Shown here piece by piece: positions 9,697 to 18,008 of a stretch of DNA of 20,000 nucleotides (the stretch's first letter is position 1; every line of letters begins with the position of its first letter). This DNA comes from Bacteriovoracaceae bacterium. Lineage in GTDB: Bacteria; Bdellovibrionota; Bacteriovoracia; Bacteriovoracales; Bacteriovoracaceae. The stretch covers positions 110,263 through 130,262 of the forward strand of contig JABIHA010000036.1 in assembly GCA_018649885.1 (NCBI GenBank), given 5' to 3'. The position numbers and the translations under genes are program-made. The notes under the pieces are model-generated. The model did not search any database. It saw only the letters and a program-made list of their open reading frames with translations, and had not been told where the DNA came from.

Positions 9697-9712
9697 ATAA
9701 GAGGAATTAGTT

Positions 9713-12700
9713 GTGAAAGAATTATTGGTATTACTCACATTTTTGATGGCATCACAAGCGGCATTTAGCTACGGTCTTCAAGGTTCAGGTTTTTACTTTC
9801 CTGACTCACAAAGAAAGCAAAGAAAGGTCCAGCATGCCAGTGACAAGAAGCTCTATGTCAGATCAGTAAATGATCTTGAAATCTATATCGGTTCAAAAGC
9901 AAAAGAAAAAGTTTCTAGTTTTATGTTAGATATCTCTGATGCACTAGACAGAGAGGATACTTGGACAAAAAACACTTATGTCTTAAAAATGATCGAAAAA
10001 TGCTCTAAAGAAGATATAAGTAGAGGGGAGTTCTTGCAGTGTATGGCAAATGGTTACGCAAATCCTCCCAAGATCACCAGCACATCTCGAAGTGAAAGTG
10101 TTAGCTCTCTTGAAAAAACGGTAGAGTCTTACTACGAAACTCTGAGCTCAGTAATGAGAAAAGAAAATAGAAGCTTAAGAGCAGGATTAAACCCAGAACA
10201 AATAATAGCTAAATGCCAAACATTAAAAAGATACAGAACTAGATGTGAAGCTACTGCCAATACATTTTCTAAATTCTATGATGCTCTTTATGGCAAAAGA
10301 AACCTAGAAAGAGATTTCGAAGAGTTTGCTCTTTTTGCTCTTGATAGCTTTGGTCTATCTGACAAAAAGATTATGATGGGAGTCAACGGAGTTCGAGGAT
10401 ATAAATTAATCAGCTGGTATGGTCAACCTCTAAAAGGCACCTCTGAAAACCCTATTACTAGCTCAATGAAAACTGCATATCTTAGAGAAATTGATACAAA
10501 TTACTCTTTTAGGGCCGGTGAATGGGCCTGCTCAACACACGAGAGAAATTTTAAATCCGGTGAAACCACAAGAGTAACCGAAGCACTTGAAGTAGGACAG
10601 GAACTTAAGGCCTATCTCAGTATGTACCCAAAGGTGAAAAGGGCCAGTTACTTGAACCTTGCAACTGCTGTAACTATCAAAGAATTTTACAGATCATATA
10701 AGTACCAAATGGGTGCTCTTCCCAATAATAATATCATTCTTGCAAAGAACCCTGCTTGTAAGCATTACGAAGGTCAATTAAAAGAGCTCACAAAGCCCAG
10801 CATGGAGCAAGAAGTAAACAGACTTGAAAATAAGCTACGCTTCTACTCTTCAAAAGAAAAAAGAGAAAGTAGCCAGCAAAGTAGATACTTTGCTGAGAAA
10901 AACTTTGTTGATATTTATGACTTACAAAAGCAGGGGAAAAAATCAACTGCCGGAACACTTGGCGATGATCTTACAAAATACACTTTTAAAGATCTAATGG
11001 ACGCTTATAAAGACCAAAAAGAATGCTGGGGCCAAAAATCTTATTATGAAAGAGTAACAAGATCCATGAACAAAAGCGTTGATCAAGTATGGCCTCATTG
11101 TACTAAATTCTACGCGAATGCTGAGCTCACTCAGGATGTCATCAAGGAGGCGATCATGGCCCGTGAGGGACAATTTCCACTTCTAAGAATGAACTTCGAT
11201 GTAGAAAAAAGAGATAAATTTTGGGCCAAAACTTTTGAGATAACTGATGGAAGAGAGTTTTTAAACAAACTTTCAACCAGCACCTACCAAGGACTCAATC
11301 TTTATAGTAAATCAAGTCACACCAAGTTTTTAACAAAGCTTGTATTGCCACAAATGCGGTTGAAAGGAAAAGAGATGGAAGAGCTTATCTCGGATACTTG
11401 CTCTGCACGATTTTTAAATAACGAAAATCACACCTCTTGTCCTAATAACGGAAAAATGTGTTGGGAAACTCTTGTAAGCTTCACTCCTCTTGTGGATTAT
11501 ATGGAAGAAAAGTCTTCGCCTACCTTTAATGGATTTAAGGGATGCATGGAAGCTACATTTAAAAAGAGAAGAAGAAATAGAACTATCGGATTTATCGCTG
11601 GCGCCGTGGCCTGTGTAGGTGGATCTATAATAACAGCTCCAGTAACAGGCCCTTTTGCTCCCTATATTGCAGCAAGCTGCGGCCTAGGCCTTTGGCAAGG
11701 GATTGATGTTCGCGAACAAACATTGGCATTTGATAAAACAGAGCAAACCCTAAGATGCCTATCAGCAGGAAGCATTTGTAGTGATGAAGACTTCAATGAA
11801 GCGGTAAACGAATTATGGTGGGCCGTCTTTGGAAAAAAAGTTGGCCTTGTTGGTGAAACATTGGGCCTAGGAATGGCCACCAAGTTTGGGACAAGATTAT
11901 TAAAAATTCTACCTCACTTGCGTTTGCAGGACCTCTCAGATCTAAGACAACTCAGAACAGTATTTGATATCGCCTCAGGATTTGATGGTGTAGGTGACGA
12001 TTTAGCAAAATTAACCGCCAGAGAAATGGATTGGTTTGCTGAAGGGCTCGTGCGCACAGATATGGAAGACTTAGTCAGGGCCGGAAGAGCAACGGCAAGT
12101 GAAATGGAAACATTTCTCCGAAAATCTGATGTAATAGAAAAGGCCACAAGAAAGGCGATGGAGTTTGCAGACTTTCTAGAAGAGAGTGCTCCCAAGTTGG
12201 CAGCTGATCTTCCAGATGCTCTAAAAGGTATGAAACTTGAATTACTTCTCAGATCAATTCACCGAATTAACCCACTGAGAGTACCCAAAGATACTGCTGC
12301 CAAATTAAGATATTTTGAGGATCTCTTTGGAGCAGGAGAGGCGAAAGCTGTCGCCCAGGTCTACGACGAATTGTGGACAAGTGCTAGGCACGCAGATGGT
12401 CTACTAGAAATCCTGGCCAAAGCCGGGTCAAGCCTTCCAGCTGATGTTAAAGACTTCTCAAAACTACTAGATTTAAAGAAAATCAAACTCGACCCAGATG
12501 TAATGATGGCCTGGGAGAGATCGGGCGCAAATGGAACCTTTGACGAATTCGCCAAAGACGTCTTGTCCGAGAGATTATCTATGGTATACGAGCTTTCAAA
12601 AATGCACAGCATGGATGGCGGCTTATCCATCAAGGTAAGTGAGTGGTTTTTCGGGACTCTACAAAAAAGTGGAAGCTCACTTAGAAAATCCGTGGATAAT

Positions 12701-12721
12701 TTGTTAACCTCTTGTAGATAG
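9713..12721 (+). CDS. Large hypothetical secreted protein (1002 aa) with internal hydrophobic hairpin
   Basis: GAGGA SD then GTG. Sec signal MKELLVLLTFLMASQAAFS, scattered Cys, and a basic patch KKRRRNR followed by TIGFIAGAVACVGGSIITAPVTGPFAPYIAASCGLGLW. No family recognised. Confidence 0.82.
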   Translation: MKELLVLLTFLMASQAAFSYGLQGSGFYFPDSQRKQRKVQHASDKKLYVRSVNDLEIYIGSKAKEKVSSFMLDISDALDREDTWTKNTYVLKMIEKCSKEDISRGEFLQCMANGYANPPKITSTSRSESVSSLEKTVESYYETLSSVMRKENRSLRAGLNPEQIIAKCQTLKRYRTRCEATANTFSKFYDALYGKRNLERDFEEFALFALDSFGLSDKKIMMGVNGVRGYKLISWYGQPLKGTSENPITSSMKTAYLREIDTNYSFRAGEWACSTHERNFKSGETTRVTEALEVGQELKAYLSMYPKVKRASYLNLATAVTIKEFYRSYKYQMGALPNNNIILAKNPACKHYEGQLKELTKPSMEQEVNRLENKLRFYSSKEKRESSQQSRYFAEKNFVDIYDLQKQGKKSTAGTLGDDLTKYTFKDLMDAYKDQKECWGQKSYYERVTRSMNKSVDQVWPHCTKFYANAELTQDVIKEAIMAREGQFPLLRMNFDVEKRDKFWAKTFEITDGREFLNKLSTSTYQGLNLYSKSSHTKFLTKLVLPQMRLKGKEMEELISDTCSARFLNNENHTSCPNNGKMCWETLVSFTPLVDYMEEKSSPTFNGFKGCMEATFKKRRRNRTIGFIAGAVACVGGSIITAPVTGPFAPYIAASCGLGLWQGIDVREQTLAFDKTEQTLRCLSAGSICSDEDFNEAVNELWWAVFGKKVGLVGETLGLGMATKFGTRLLKILPHLRLQDLSDLRQLRTVFDIASGFDGVGDDLAKLTAREMDWFAEGLVRTDMEDLVRAGRATASEMETFLRKSDVIEKATRKAMEFADFLEESAPKLAADLPDALKGMKLELLLRSIHRINPLRVPKDTAAKLRYFEDLFGAGEAKAVAQVYDELWTSARHADGLLEILAKAGSSLPADVKDFSKLLDLKKIKLDPDVMMAWERSGANGTFDEFAKDVLSERLSMVYELSKMHSMDGGLSIKVSEWFFGTLQKSGSSLRKSVDNLLTSCR

Positions 12722-12744
12722 TTACTTATCACAAGAGGATCCTT

Positions 12745-13920
12745 ATGAGTGTCTCCTATTGGCAAGACAGAGCTAGTGGCGTCAGTGAATATGATGTCAC
12801 TATCATTGGTGGAGGACTGGCAGGTCTTTCAACCGCTTTTTGGCTCGCCCAAAGTGACTCATCCCTAAAAATTGCCGTTGTAGAAAAATACCTCGTTGGC
12901 AGTGGTGCCAGCGGAAGAAATGCGGGTTTTATAACCTGCGGCTCTGTAGAGCACTTCAACAGGATGGTGGGAAAACACGGTGAAAAGCAGGCCTGTGCCA
13001 TTTGGAAATTTGGCGAAAAGAACTTAGAGCTTCTCCAAGAAAAAATCATAGGATCAAATGCTGAAGAGCTAGGACTTGAGAGTAAGGGCAGCTTTTCACT
13101 AGCTGGAAGTGAAGGAGAATTCACAGAACTAAAAGAATCTGCGGCCCTGATGAAAAACTTGGGTATAAATGTTGATGTGTTAGAGGAACAAGAAATTAAA
13201 GCTCGCCTCGGGGCCAACCACTTTGTGGGTGGAATAAAATATACAGGAGATGCTACTGTAAATCCTATCTCACTACTACACCACATGAAAAATAAACTTT
13301 TAATCCCTCAAGGTATTGAGATTTTCGAAAATCATGAGGTTTTTGAAATTCAAAACCATGGCGACAAAAGAATAGTCAAAACAAACCTAAAAAACTTTGA
13401 ATCAGACATAGTGGTCCTTGCTACCAATGCTTATCTCCCACTTATCAATAACTATTTTGCCGATAAAATCTATCCCACCAGAGGACAAATTTTAGTGACA
13501 GAAAAAGTCCCTCGCTTTATGGAAGGTCCATGTTACGCCAACTTTGTGCTCGACTACTTCAGACAACTTCCCACAGGGGAGATGCTAATTGGAGGATTCA
13601 GACAACTCCAAAAAGACACTGAAGTGGGTTATAGCGATCAAACGACAGAGGAAATTCAAACGGCCTTAGAAAGTTTTCTTGCTCACCATCTTCCCCCATT
13701 AAAAGGTAAAAAAATCACCCACAGATGGTCTGGAATTATGGGTTTTAGTGCAGATGGCGATCCATTTGTGGGAGCACTTCCTGCAGATCCACAACTATTT
13801 TTTATTGGAGGCTTTACAGCTCACGGAGTAGGCCTTGCCTTTCACACGGCAAAGTGCTTGAGTGAGCTGATATTTGGAGGAGAAGTTCCCTCTTTTATCA
13901 ATGCAAGAAGATTTGGATAA
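12745..13920 (+). CDS. FAD-dependent oxidoreductase, DAO family (PuuB/OrdL-like)
   Basis: SYW N-terminus, IIGGGLAG, GASGRNAGF, LATNAY, YFRQ, WSGIMGFS.DG.P, GFTAHGVG. GAGGA SD. Confidence 0.9.
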   Translation: MSVSYWQDRASGVSEYDVTIIGGGLAGLSTAFWLAQSDSSLKIAVVEKYLVGSGASGRNAGFITCGSVEHFNRMVGKHGEKQACAIWKFGEKNLELLQEKIIGSNAEELGLESKGSFSLAGSEGEFTELKESAALMKNLGINVDVLEEQEIKARLGANHFVGGIKYTGDATVNPISLLHHMKNKLLIPQGIEIFENHEVFEIQNHGDKRIVKTNLKNFESDIVVLATNAYLPLINNYFADKIYPTRGQILVTEKVPRFMEGPCYANFVLDYFRQLPTGEMLIGGFRQLQKDTEVGYSDQTTEEIQTALESFLAHHLPPLKGKKITHRWSGIMGFSADGDPFVGALPADPQLFFIGGFTAHGVGLAFHTAKCLSELIFGGEVPSFINARRFG

Positions 13921-14129
13921 CAAGTTGCTTTAAATTGAAAAAATATTCGCAGTTGTCACTATTGTAAATTGAATTCAAGATCATAGGTCAGAACTAGGAA
14001 CTCACAGATCACAGTGAATGAGTTAGCCAGTTCGATACAGCCGGCCAAGGCCCTAAAAATTATTGATTTACTATGTTTTAAAACTCTATTCATTCTCAGC
14101 ACTGACACTAACGGTTTCAGAGCTTACGG

Positions 14130-14156
14130 CCGTTCTTCAGCAGTAAAATTATATTT
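14130..14156. repeat. 27-bp direct repeat, copy 1 (putative IS end)
   Basis: CCGTTCTTCAGCAGTAAAATTATATTT, 26/27 identical to 18127-18153. Lies downstream of the transposase fragment. Confidence 0.85.
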
Positions 14157-14700
14157 TTGATTGGAAACAGGTCAGAGTAGGGGGGAGTTCACCCGTGGGG
14201 CCCTTTTTTTTCGGCAAATTGAGGTACTACCAAATATCTCAATGACTGTTTTGGCGGCACTGGTGAGACCTTTTGCTATGTTTTAGATTTTTTCTAAGGA
14301 CGTATTCACCAAGGTTGTGAATAAATAAAATCAGTGCCATCACCACCATAATTGCTTGAATGCGATCAACCCATTTTAAGTAGAGTCCTTTTCGAAGAAA
14401 TGCTGAGTCTTTAAAAAGCTTGAACTCTGCTTCGATATTGCCGTTTCTGGACTTGTAGGAGTTGAAGATTTTCTCTGCAGGGTAGAGCTTGTCATCATAA
14501 ATATTTGTCGCCAGGATAAACTTACCTTTTCGATTTCTCGCCATTTGAATTTTGTAGTGATTTTTTTCATATGAAAGATCCAGCCGAAACCCTCTGAAGA
14601 AGGGGTAGTTTCTCTTGATATTTTGTACTACTTTTTTTGCCTCTTTTTTGGAGTCAAAAATCTTTCCATTTTTCTTTTTTATAATTTTTAAAAAGCTCAA
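14130..14700 (-). mobile_element. IS1634-family-like insertion sequence remnant, copy 1 (3' part of transposase, internally deleted, plus end sequence)
   Basis: GKFILATN, YKSRNGNIEAEFKLFKD (YREK-type signature) and LYLK.VDRIQAIMVVMALILFIH. No N-terminal half. 125-bp deletion and frameshift relative to copy 2. Putative terminal sequence at 14130-14156. Confidence 0.8.
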
Positions 14701-14851
14701 AAGAGGCTATTTATACGACAAGAATTTGGAAATCTACACTAAAGTCTTTGGCGTTCATATTTTTCTCTCAATTAATGCAGATTAAGCTTATTGTACAAAC
14801 TAGTATCAAAAATGTTAAAAGTATGTGATAGAGGCGAAAGGAGGTAGTCAA

Positions 14852-15334
14852 TTGGAAAACGGTAACCAAAATAATGAAAATGAGCTTTTTGTTGAGCCCG
14901 GTCATGAGTTCACAACCAAGTCAGATGATCCCTTTATAGATGTACTTCATAAAATAATTCGCCTCGCAGTAAAACTACTTGCTGCATTAATGGTTTTGGT
15001 CATTGTCTGGGGTATTGGTGATGTTATCTATGTCTTATATCAGCGGCTTGTTGCGCCACCATTCTTATTACTTAGCATCAGTGATATCCTGGCAACGTTT
15101 GGTGCTTTCCTTGCTGTCTTAATTGCCATAGAAATCTTTATAAATATAACAATGTATCTCAAAACTGATGTCATTCCTGTCCGGCTTGTAGTTGCGACTG
15201 CACTAATGGCAATTTCACGTAAGGTTATAATATTTGATTTTGAAAAAATTTCACCACTATATGTAGCTGGTACAGCAGCAGTTGTTTTGGCCCTCGGAAT
15301 AACTTATTGGCTAATCAGTAAAAAGACTCGATAA
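14852..15334 (+). CDS. Phosphate-starvation-inducible PsiE family membrane protein
   Basis: Four hydrophobic segments with FLAVLIAIEIFINI, LVVATALMAISRKVII and LALGITYWL. The SD AAGGAGGT at 14838-14845 points to TTG 14852 rather than the track start 14825. Confidence 0.85.
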   Translation: MENGNQNNENELFVEPGHEFTTKSDDPFIDVLHKIIRLAVKLLAALMVLVIVWGIGDVIYVLYQRLVAPPFLLLSISDILATFGAFLAVLIAIEIFINITMYLKTDVIPVRLVVATALMAISRKVIIFDFEKISPLYVAGTAAVVLALGITYWLISKKTR

Positions 15335-15377
15335 AGATCAGGAAGTTAAAAGATTAATTGAAAATGCATAATAGAGA

Positions 15378-15465
15378 TTAATTCGTTTCAACAACTCCTC
15401 GTAAAAGTCTTCCTAATATATCTGAACCTGTGATAATCTTTTTTTTGATTAGTTGTCCAAAATAA
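15378..15465 (-). pseudogene. Frameshifted C-terminal scar, probably of a DUF21/CNNM-family membrane protein
   Basis: Minus strand reads LFWTTNQK, then shifts frame in an A8 run to KIITGSDILGRLLRGVVETN*. This resembles the W..KRIITGxDILGRLLRG tail I recall from DUF21 proteins (from memory, not searched). Confidence 0.5.
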
Positions 15466-15510
15466 TCCCAATGTCAAAGATTGATTTCCTGAAAAGAATT
15501 TTTTTATAAG

Positions 15511-15535
15511 GGTGTTTATATTTAATACAAACACC
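15511..15535 (-). terminator. Inverted repeat between convergent psiE-like and dsbA genes
   Basis: Minus strand GGTGTTTGTAT-TAA-ATATAAACACC, an 11-bp stem with one G-U pair. No clear U tract. Confidence 0.35.
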
Positions 15536-15655
15536 GGTTTTGAAGAATTTTCCTTATCAATAAAATGTTTGCTGAACGATTACCTCGCCTCAAAAATTTC
15601 AATTCATTTGCTGGTTCAAAAAATAATAGTTTAAGATATTAAGTATAATAATTAG

Positions 15656-16312
15656 TCATTGATAAGAATTTTTGATTTCTTCTTGAATGGCTTTCTTCAA
15701 ATATTCTATACCAAATCTTTCAAGAGGTTTTCCATTTACAAAAAATGTTGGTGTTCTTCTAACATTCAATTGCTTCAAGTCTGAAACTTCTTGAAGTATC
15801 CTTTTGTCAATTTCTGGATCATTCATATCAGATTTCAATTTCTCTATGTTAATGCCTATTTCTGGTAAATATTCAAATATTAGATTTGGTTGAGGATTAT
15901 GATGGTTTCCCCAATTTGGTTGATATTTAAACAGTAACTCTAAAGCTTCCCAGTATTTATTTTGCTTTCGAGAAGCCTCTAAGGCCTTAATCGCAAACTT
16001 TGAATTTCGATGAAAAGGTGCATACCTTACGACCAGTTTAACCTTACCCTTAAATTCTTTGAGTAGATTTTTTATTTGGGGGTAAAACTGACGGCAACTT
16101 TCACATTCAGGGTCTAAAAACTCAATTAAGAAAACTTTTGCATTTTCATCTCCAAATTGTGGGGAATACTCTCGTACAAAAATCGTCGAATCTTTTTGAG
16201 ACAAAAAACCTAGTCGATCACTTTCATAATCTTTGTAATACTTTGATGCGAAGGCAAACAGTCCTATAAGAGCAAAGCCAGTTATTGTTAGTAATATTTT
16301 TTTATTTTTCAT
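15656..16312 (-). CDS. dsbA: DsbA-family thiol-disulfide oxidoreductase (BdbD/thioredoxin-fold type), N-terminally anchored
   Basis: EFLDPECESC active site (CxxC), cis-Pro loop RRTPTFFVNG, N-terminal hydrophobic anchor. Likely start MKNKK at 16312 (track start 16321). Overlaps the dsbB stop. Confidence 0.88.
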   Translation of the reverse strand: MKNKKILLTITGFALIGLFAFASKYYKDYESDRLGFLSQKDSTIFVREYSPQFGDENAKVFLIEFLDPECESCRQFYPQIKNLLKEFKGKVKLVVRYAPFHRNSKFAIKALEASRKQNKYWEALELLFKYQPNWGNHHNPQPNLIFEYLPEIGINIEKLKSDMNDPEIDKRILQEVSDLKQLNVRRTPTFFVNGKPLERFGIEYLKKAIQEEIKNSYQ

Positions 16313-16745
16313 AAAAATCATTCCTCTTTAAAATTAATAAAATCCCAAGTAATAAACTAAAAGATATAAAAGACAATATTGGAATGGTGATAAATCCAAA
16401 CCAATCTATGTAAACAGTAGAGCAAGAGACACCTTCTAAACATGGAGATGCGGTTTCTGGAACAATTTCATAGTGTAATAAGTTGTGATATAAGGCAATA
16501 ATCCAACCAATTAGAGCTAGTGGCAGTGTGAAAGCAAAAGTGCTTTTCGCTGTTTGAAACGATCCTACTAAAAATAAAAAAACAAGTGGGTACATAGCGA
16601 TTCTTTGATACCAACAAAGTACACAAGGTGGGAATTCCATAACTTCACTAAAAAACAAGCTTCCTAATGTCGAAAAAGATGCAATTATCCAACAACAAAA
16701 TATCAACATCCAAGACTTTTTATCTTCATTCATTTTAGGCTGCAT
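16302..16745 (-). CDS. dsbB: Disulfide bond formation protein B (BdbC-like)
   Basis: GSLFFSE, PCVLCWYQRI.MYP, second Cys pair PCLEGVSCS, WFGFITIP, four TM segments. Start at 16745 or 16733. Confidence 0.92.
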   Translation of the reverse strand: MQPKMNEDKKSWMLIFCCWIIASFSTLGSLFFSEVMEFPPCVLCWYQRIAMYPLVFLFLVGSFQTAKSTFAFTLPLALIGWIIALYHNLLHYEIVPETASPCLEGVSCSTVYIDWFGFITIPILSFISFSLLLGILLILKRNDFYEK

Positions 16746-17352
16746 CTTTTAATTCTCCATAAGACTCTCTTAAGATTGAGAATGATGATTTTAGGAAAAC
16801 AAAGGCAATTGACATACCGACAATTACATCAGGCCATTTGCTATTAAGTAGTGAAACGAGTAATGCTGCTGCTAGTACTCCAGTGTTGGCAATAATATCA
16901 TTTCTTGAACAAATCCAAGTAGATTTCATATTAATATCATCATCTCTATGTTTAAGTAGAAGTATTAAACAACTGGAATTTGCAATCAAAGCGATCACTC
17001 CAACTATTCCCATCGTTTCAGCAATTGGTACAATGTCCGACATCATTTTTGAAATTGCTTCAGCTAAAACATATAAACCAAAAATCGTGATGATAATTCC
17101 CTTTAATAGAGCAGCTGTAGCTTTCCATTTAATACTTTTATTAATTACATAAAGGCTGAACGCGTAAACGGTAGCGTCACCTAACATATCAAGAGAGTCT
17201 GCAATTAAAGCCGTTGAACTTGATAAATATCCAAATATGAACTCAATGAAAAACATTAACGTATTAATAATCAATACAATTACTAATACATTTTTTTGCT
17301 TTTCCCTTAATGCTACTAGCTCGCTAGATTTATTTTCACAGCAGCTTTTCAT
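16735..17352 (-). CDS. Cation diffusion facilitator (CDF) metal transporter lacking the cytosolic C-terminal domain
   Basis: STALIADSLDMLGDA CDF signature, NMKSTWICSRND, WPD, about six TM segments, and the protein ends just after the last TM. GGAG SD supports the start MKSCC at 17352; the 41-aa track extension is probably spurious. Confidence 0.88.
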   Translation of the reverse strand: MKSCCENKSSELVALREKQKNVLVIVLIINTLMFFIEFIFGYLSSSTALIADSLDMLGDATVYAFSLYVINKSIKWKATAALLKGIIITIFGLYVLAEAISKMMSDIVPIAETMGIVGVIALIANSSCLILLLKHRDDDINMKSTWICSRNDIIANTGVLAAALLVSLLNSKWPDVIVGMSIAFVFLKSSFSILRESYGELKDAA

Positions 17353-17365
17353 TATCTCTCCAAAG

Positions 17366-17567
17366 TTAGTGACTCTGCTCTTTTTCAGTTGATTGTTTTC
17401 TACTCTCTTGTTCCTTTCTTTCTTTCTCCTCATTAGCATGACCATCACATTCATGTTCTGGTTTTCCACACTCATTACACATTAGGGCTGTTTAAGTAGT
17501 CTTGATTGTCGTCACTGCATCCAAACATCAATAAAGATGTAATTAAAAATAAAATAATTTTTCCCAT
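17366..17567 (-). pseudogene. Small Cys/His-motif lipoprotein gene (66 aa if repaired) split by a +1 frameshift; absent from the ORF track
   Basis: AGGA SD, then MGKIILFLITSLLMFGC|SDDNQDYLNSPNV* (17567-17475, lipobox-like LMFGC). It continues in a shifted frame as MCNECGKPEHECDGHANEEKERKEQESRKQSTEKEQSH* (17482-17366). The span of 202 nt equals 67 codons plus 1 base. Confidence 0.7.
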
Positions 17568-17572
17568 TGTGT

Positions 17573-17642
17573 TTATCCTAATTAATTTGACCAACATCAA
17601 AGTCAGGTTTAAATCAAAAATTTATCTAACTAATTAGGAAAA
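17573..17642 (-). promoter_or_regulatory. SD-sequestering mRNA hairpin between the leader ORF and the lipoprotein gene
   Basis: mRNA arm UUUUCCUAAUUAGUUAGAU (17642-17624) pairs with GUCAAAUUAAUUAGGAUAA (17591-17573). Perfect 9-bp core; 17 of 19 positions pair counting two G-U. The 3' arm contains the AGGA SD 8 nt before ATG 17567. Confidence 0.7.
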
Positions 17643-17999
17643 GAGTGGTGGTTTTAGGGCAGGCTCAATAAAAGGCGACTTGTAAAAGCGTTGGAAGTCG
17701 TGCCGCAGGCTTGTGTCATCAAGTGGTGATTGAGATATATAATTTTCTATCTTTGGTAAATTTATTACAACATTGCACGCACATAAACAAAATGAGTCGC
17801 AACATTCATTATTTGAACCTTGATCTCTACTTTCGGTATTATTAGATTTATTTAACGATAAGTCTTTTGAAAGGGGTTCACAATAACACTTAGCAGCAGT
17901 CTGGAAGCTTGTATCCAATTCAAAGTTGATACCAACTTCGCTTGCAAAGCTGCTTACAAAAGAAAATAATATAAAAATTGTAATAATTTTATTTAACAT
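17634..17999 (-). CDS. Exported Cys-rich leader protein with C-terminal Pro-Pro motif (CutF/CruR/DUF2946-like architecture)
   Basis: Signal peptide MLNKIITIFILFSFVSSFA|SE, Cys motifs CYC and CCDSFCLCAC, C-terminus YKSPFIEPALKPPLFS*. First gene of the CDF-dsbB-dsbA operon. Start ATG 17999 preferred over track TTG 18008. Confidence 0.7.
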   Translation of the reverse strand: MLNKIITIFILFSFVSSFASEVGINFELDTSFQTAAKCYCEPLSKDLSLNKSNNTESRDQGSNNECCDSFCLCACNVVINLPKIENYISQSPLDDTSLRHDFQRFYKSPFIEPALKPPLFS

Positions 18000-18008
18000 A
18001 CCTAACAA

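Noticed and set aside
79..13286. Short antisense or overlapping ORFs in the track (e.g. 79-480, 1518-1763, 6406-6753, 11662-12195, 12361-12765, 12756-13286)
   Set aside because: They lie within or opposite well-supported genes and show no motifs, so they are treated as shadow ORFs.
13991..14033. Integron attC site or tRNA
   Set aside because: GTTAGCC is present but there is no matching RYYYAAC inverse core, the element is too short, no integrase is nearby, and no cloverleaf forms.
17353..17475. 41-aa N-terminal extension of the CDF in the ORF track
   Set aside because: A GGAG SD sits before MKSCC at 17352, and the extension overlaps the more plausible Cys/His lipoprotein frame.
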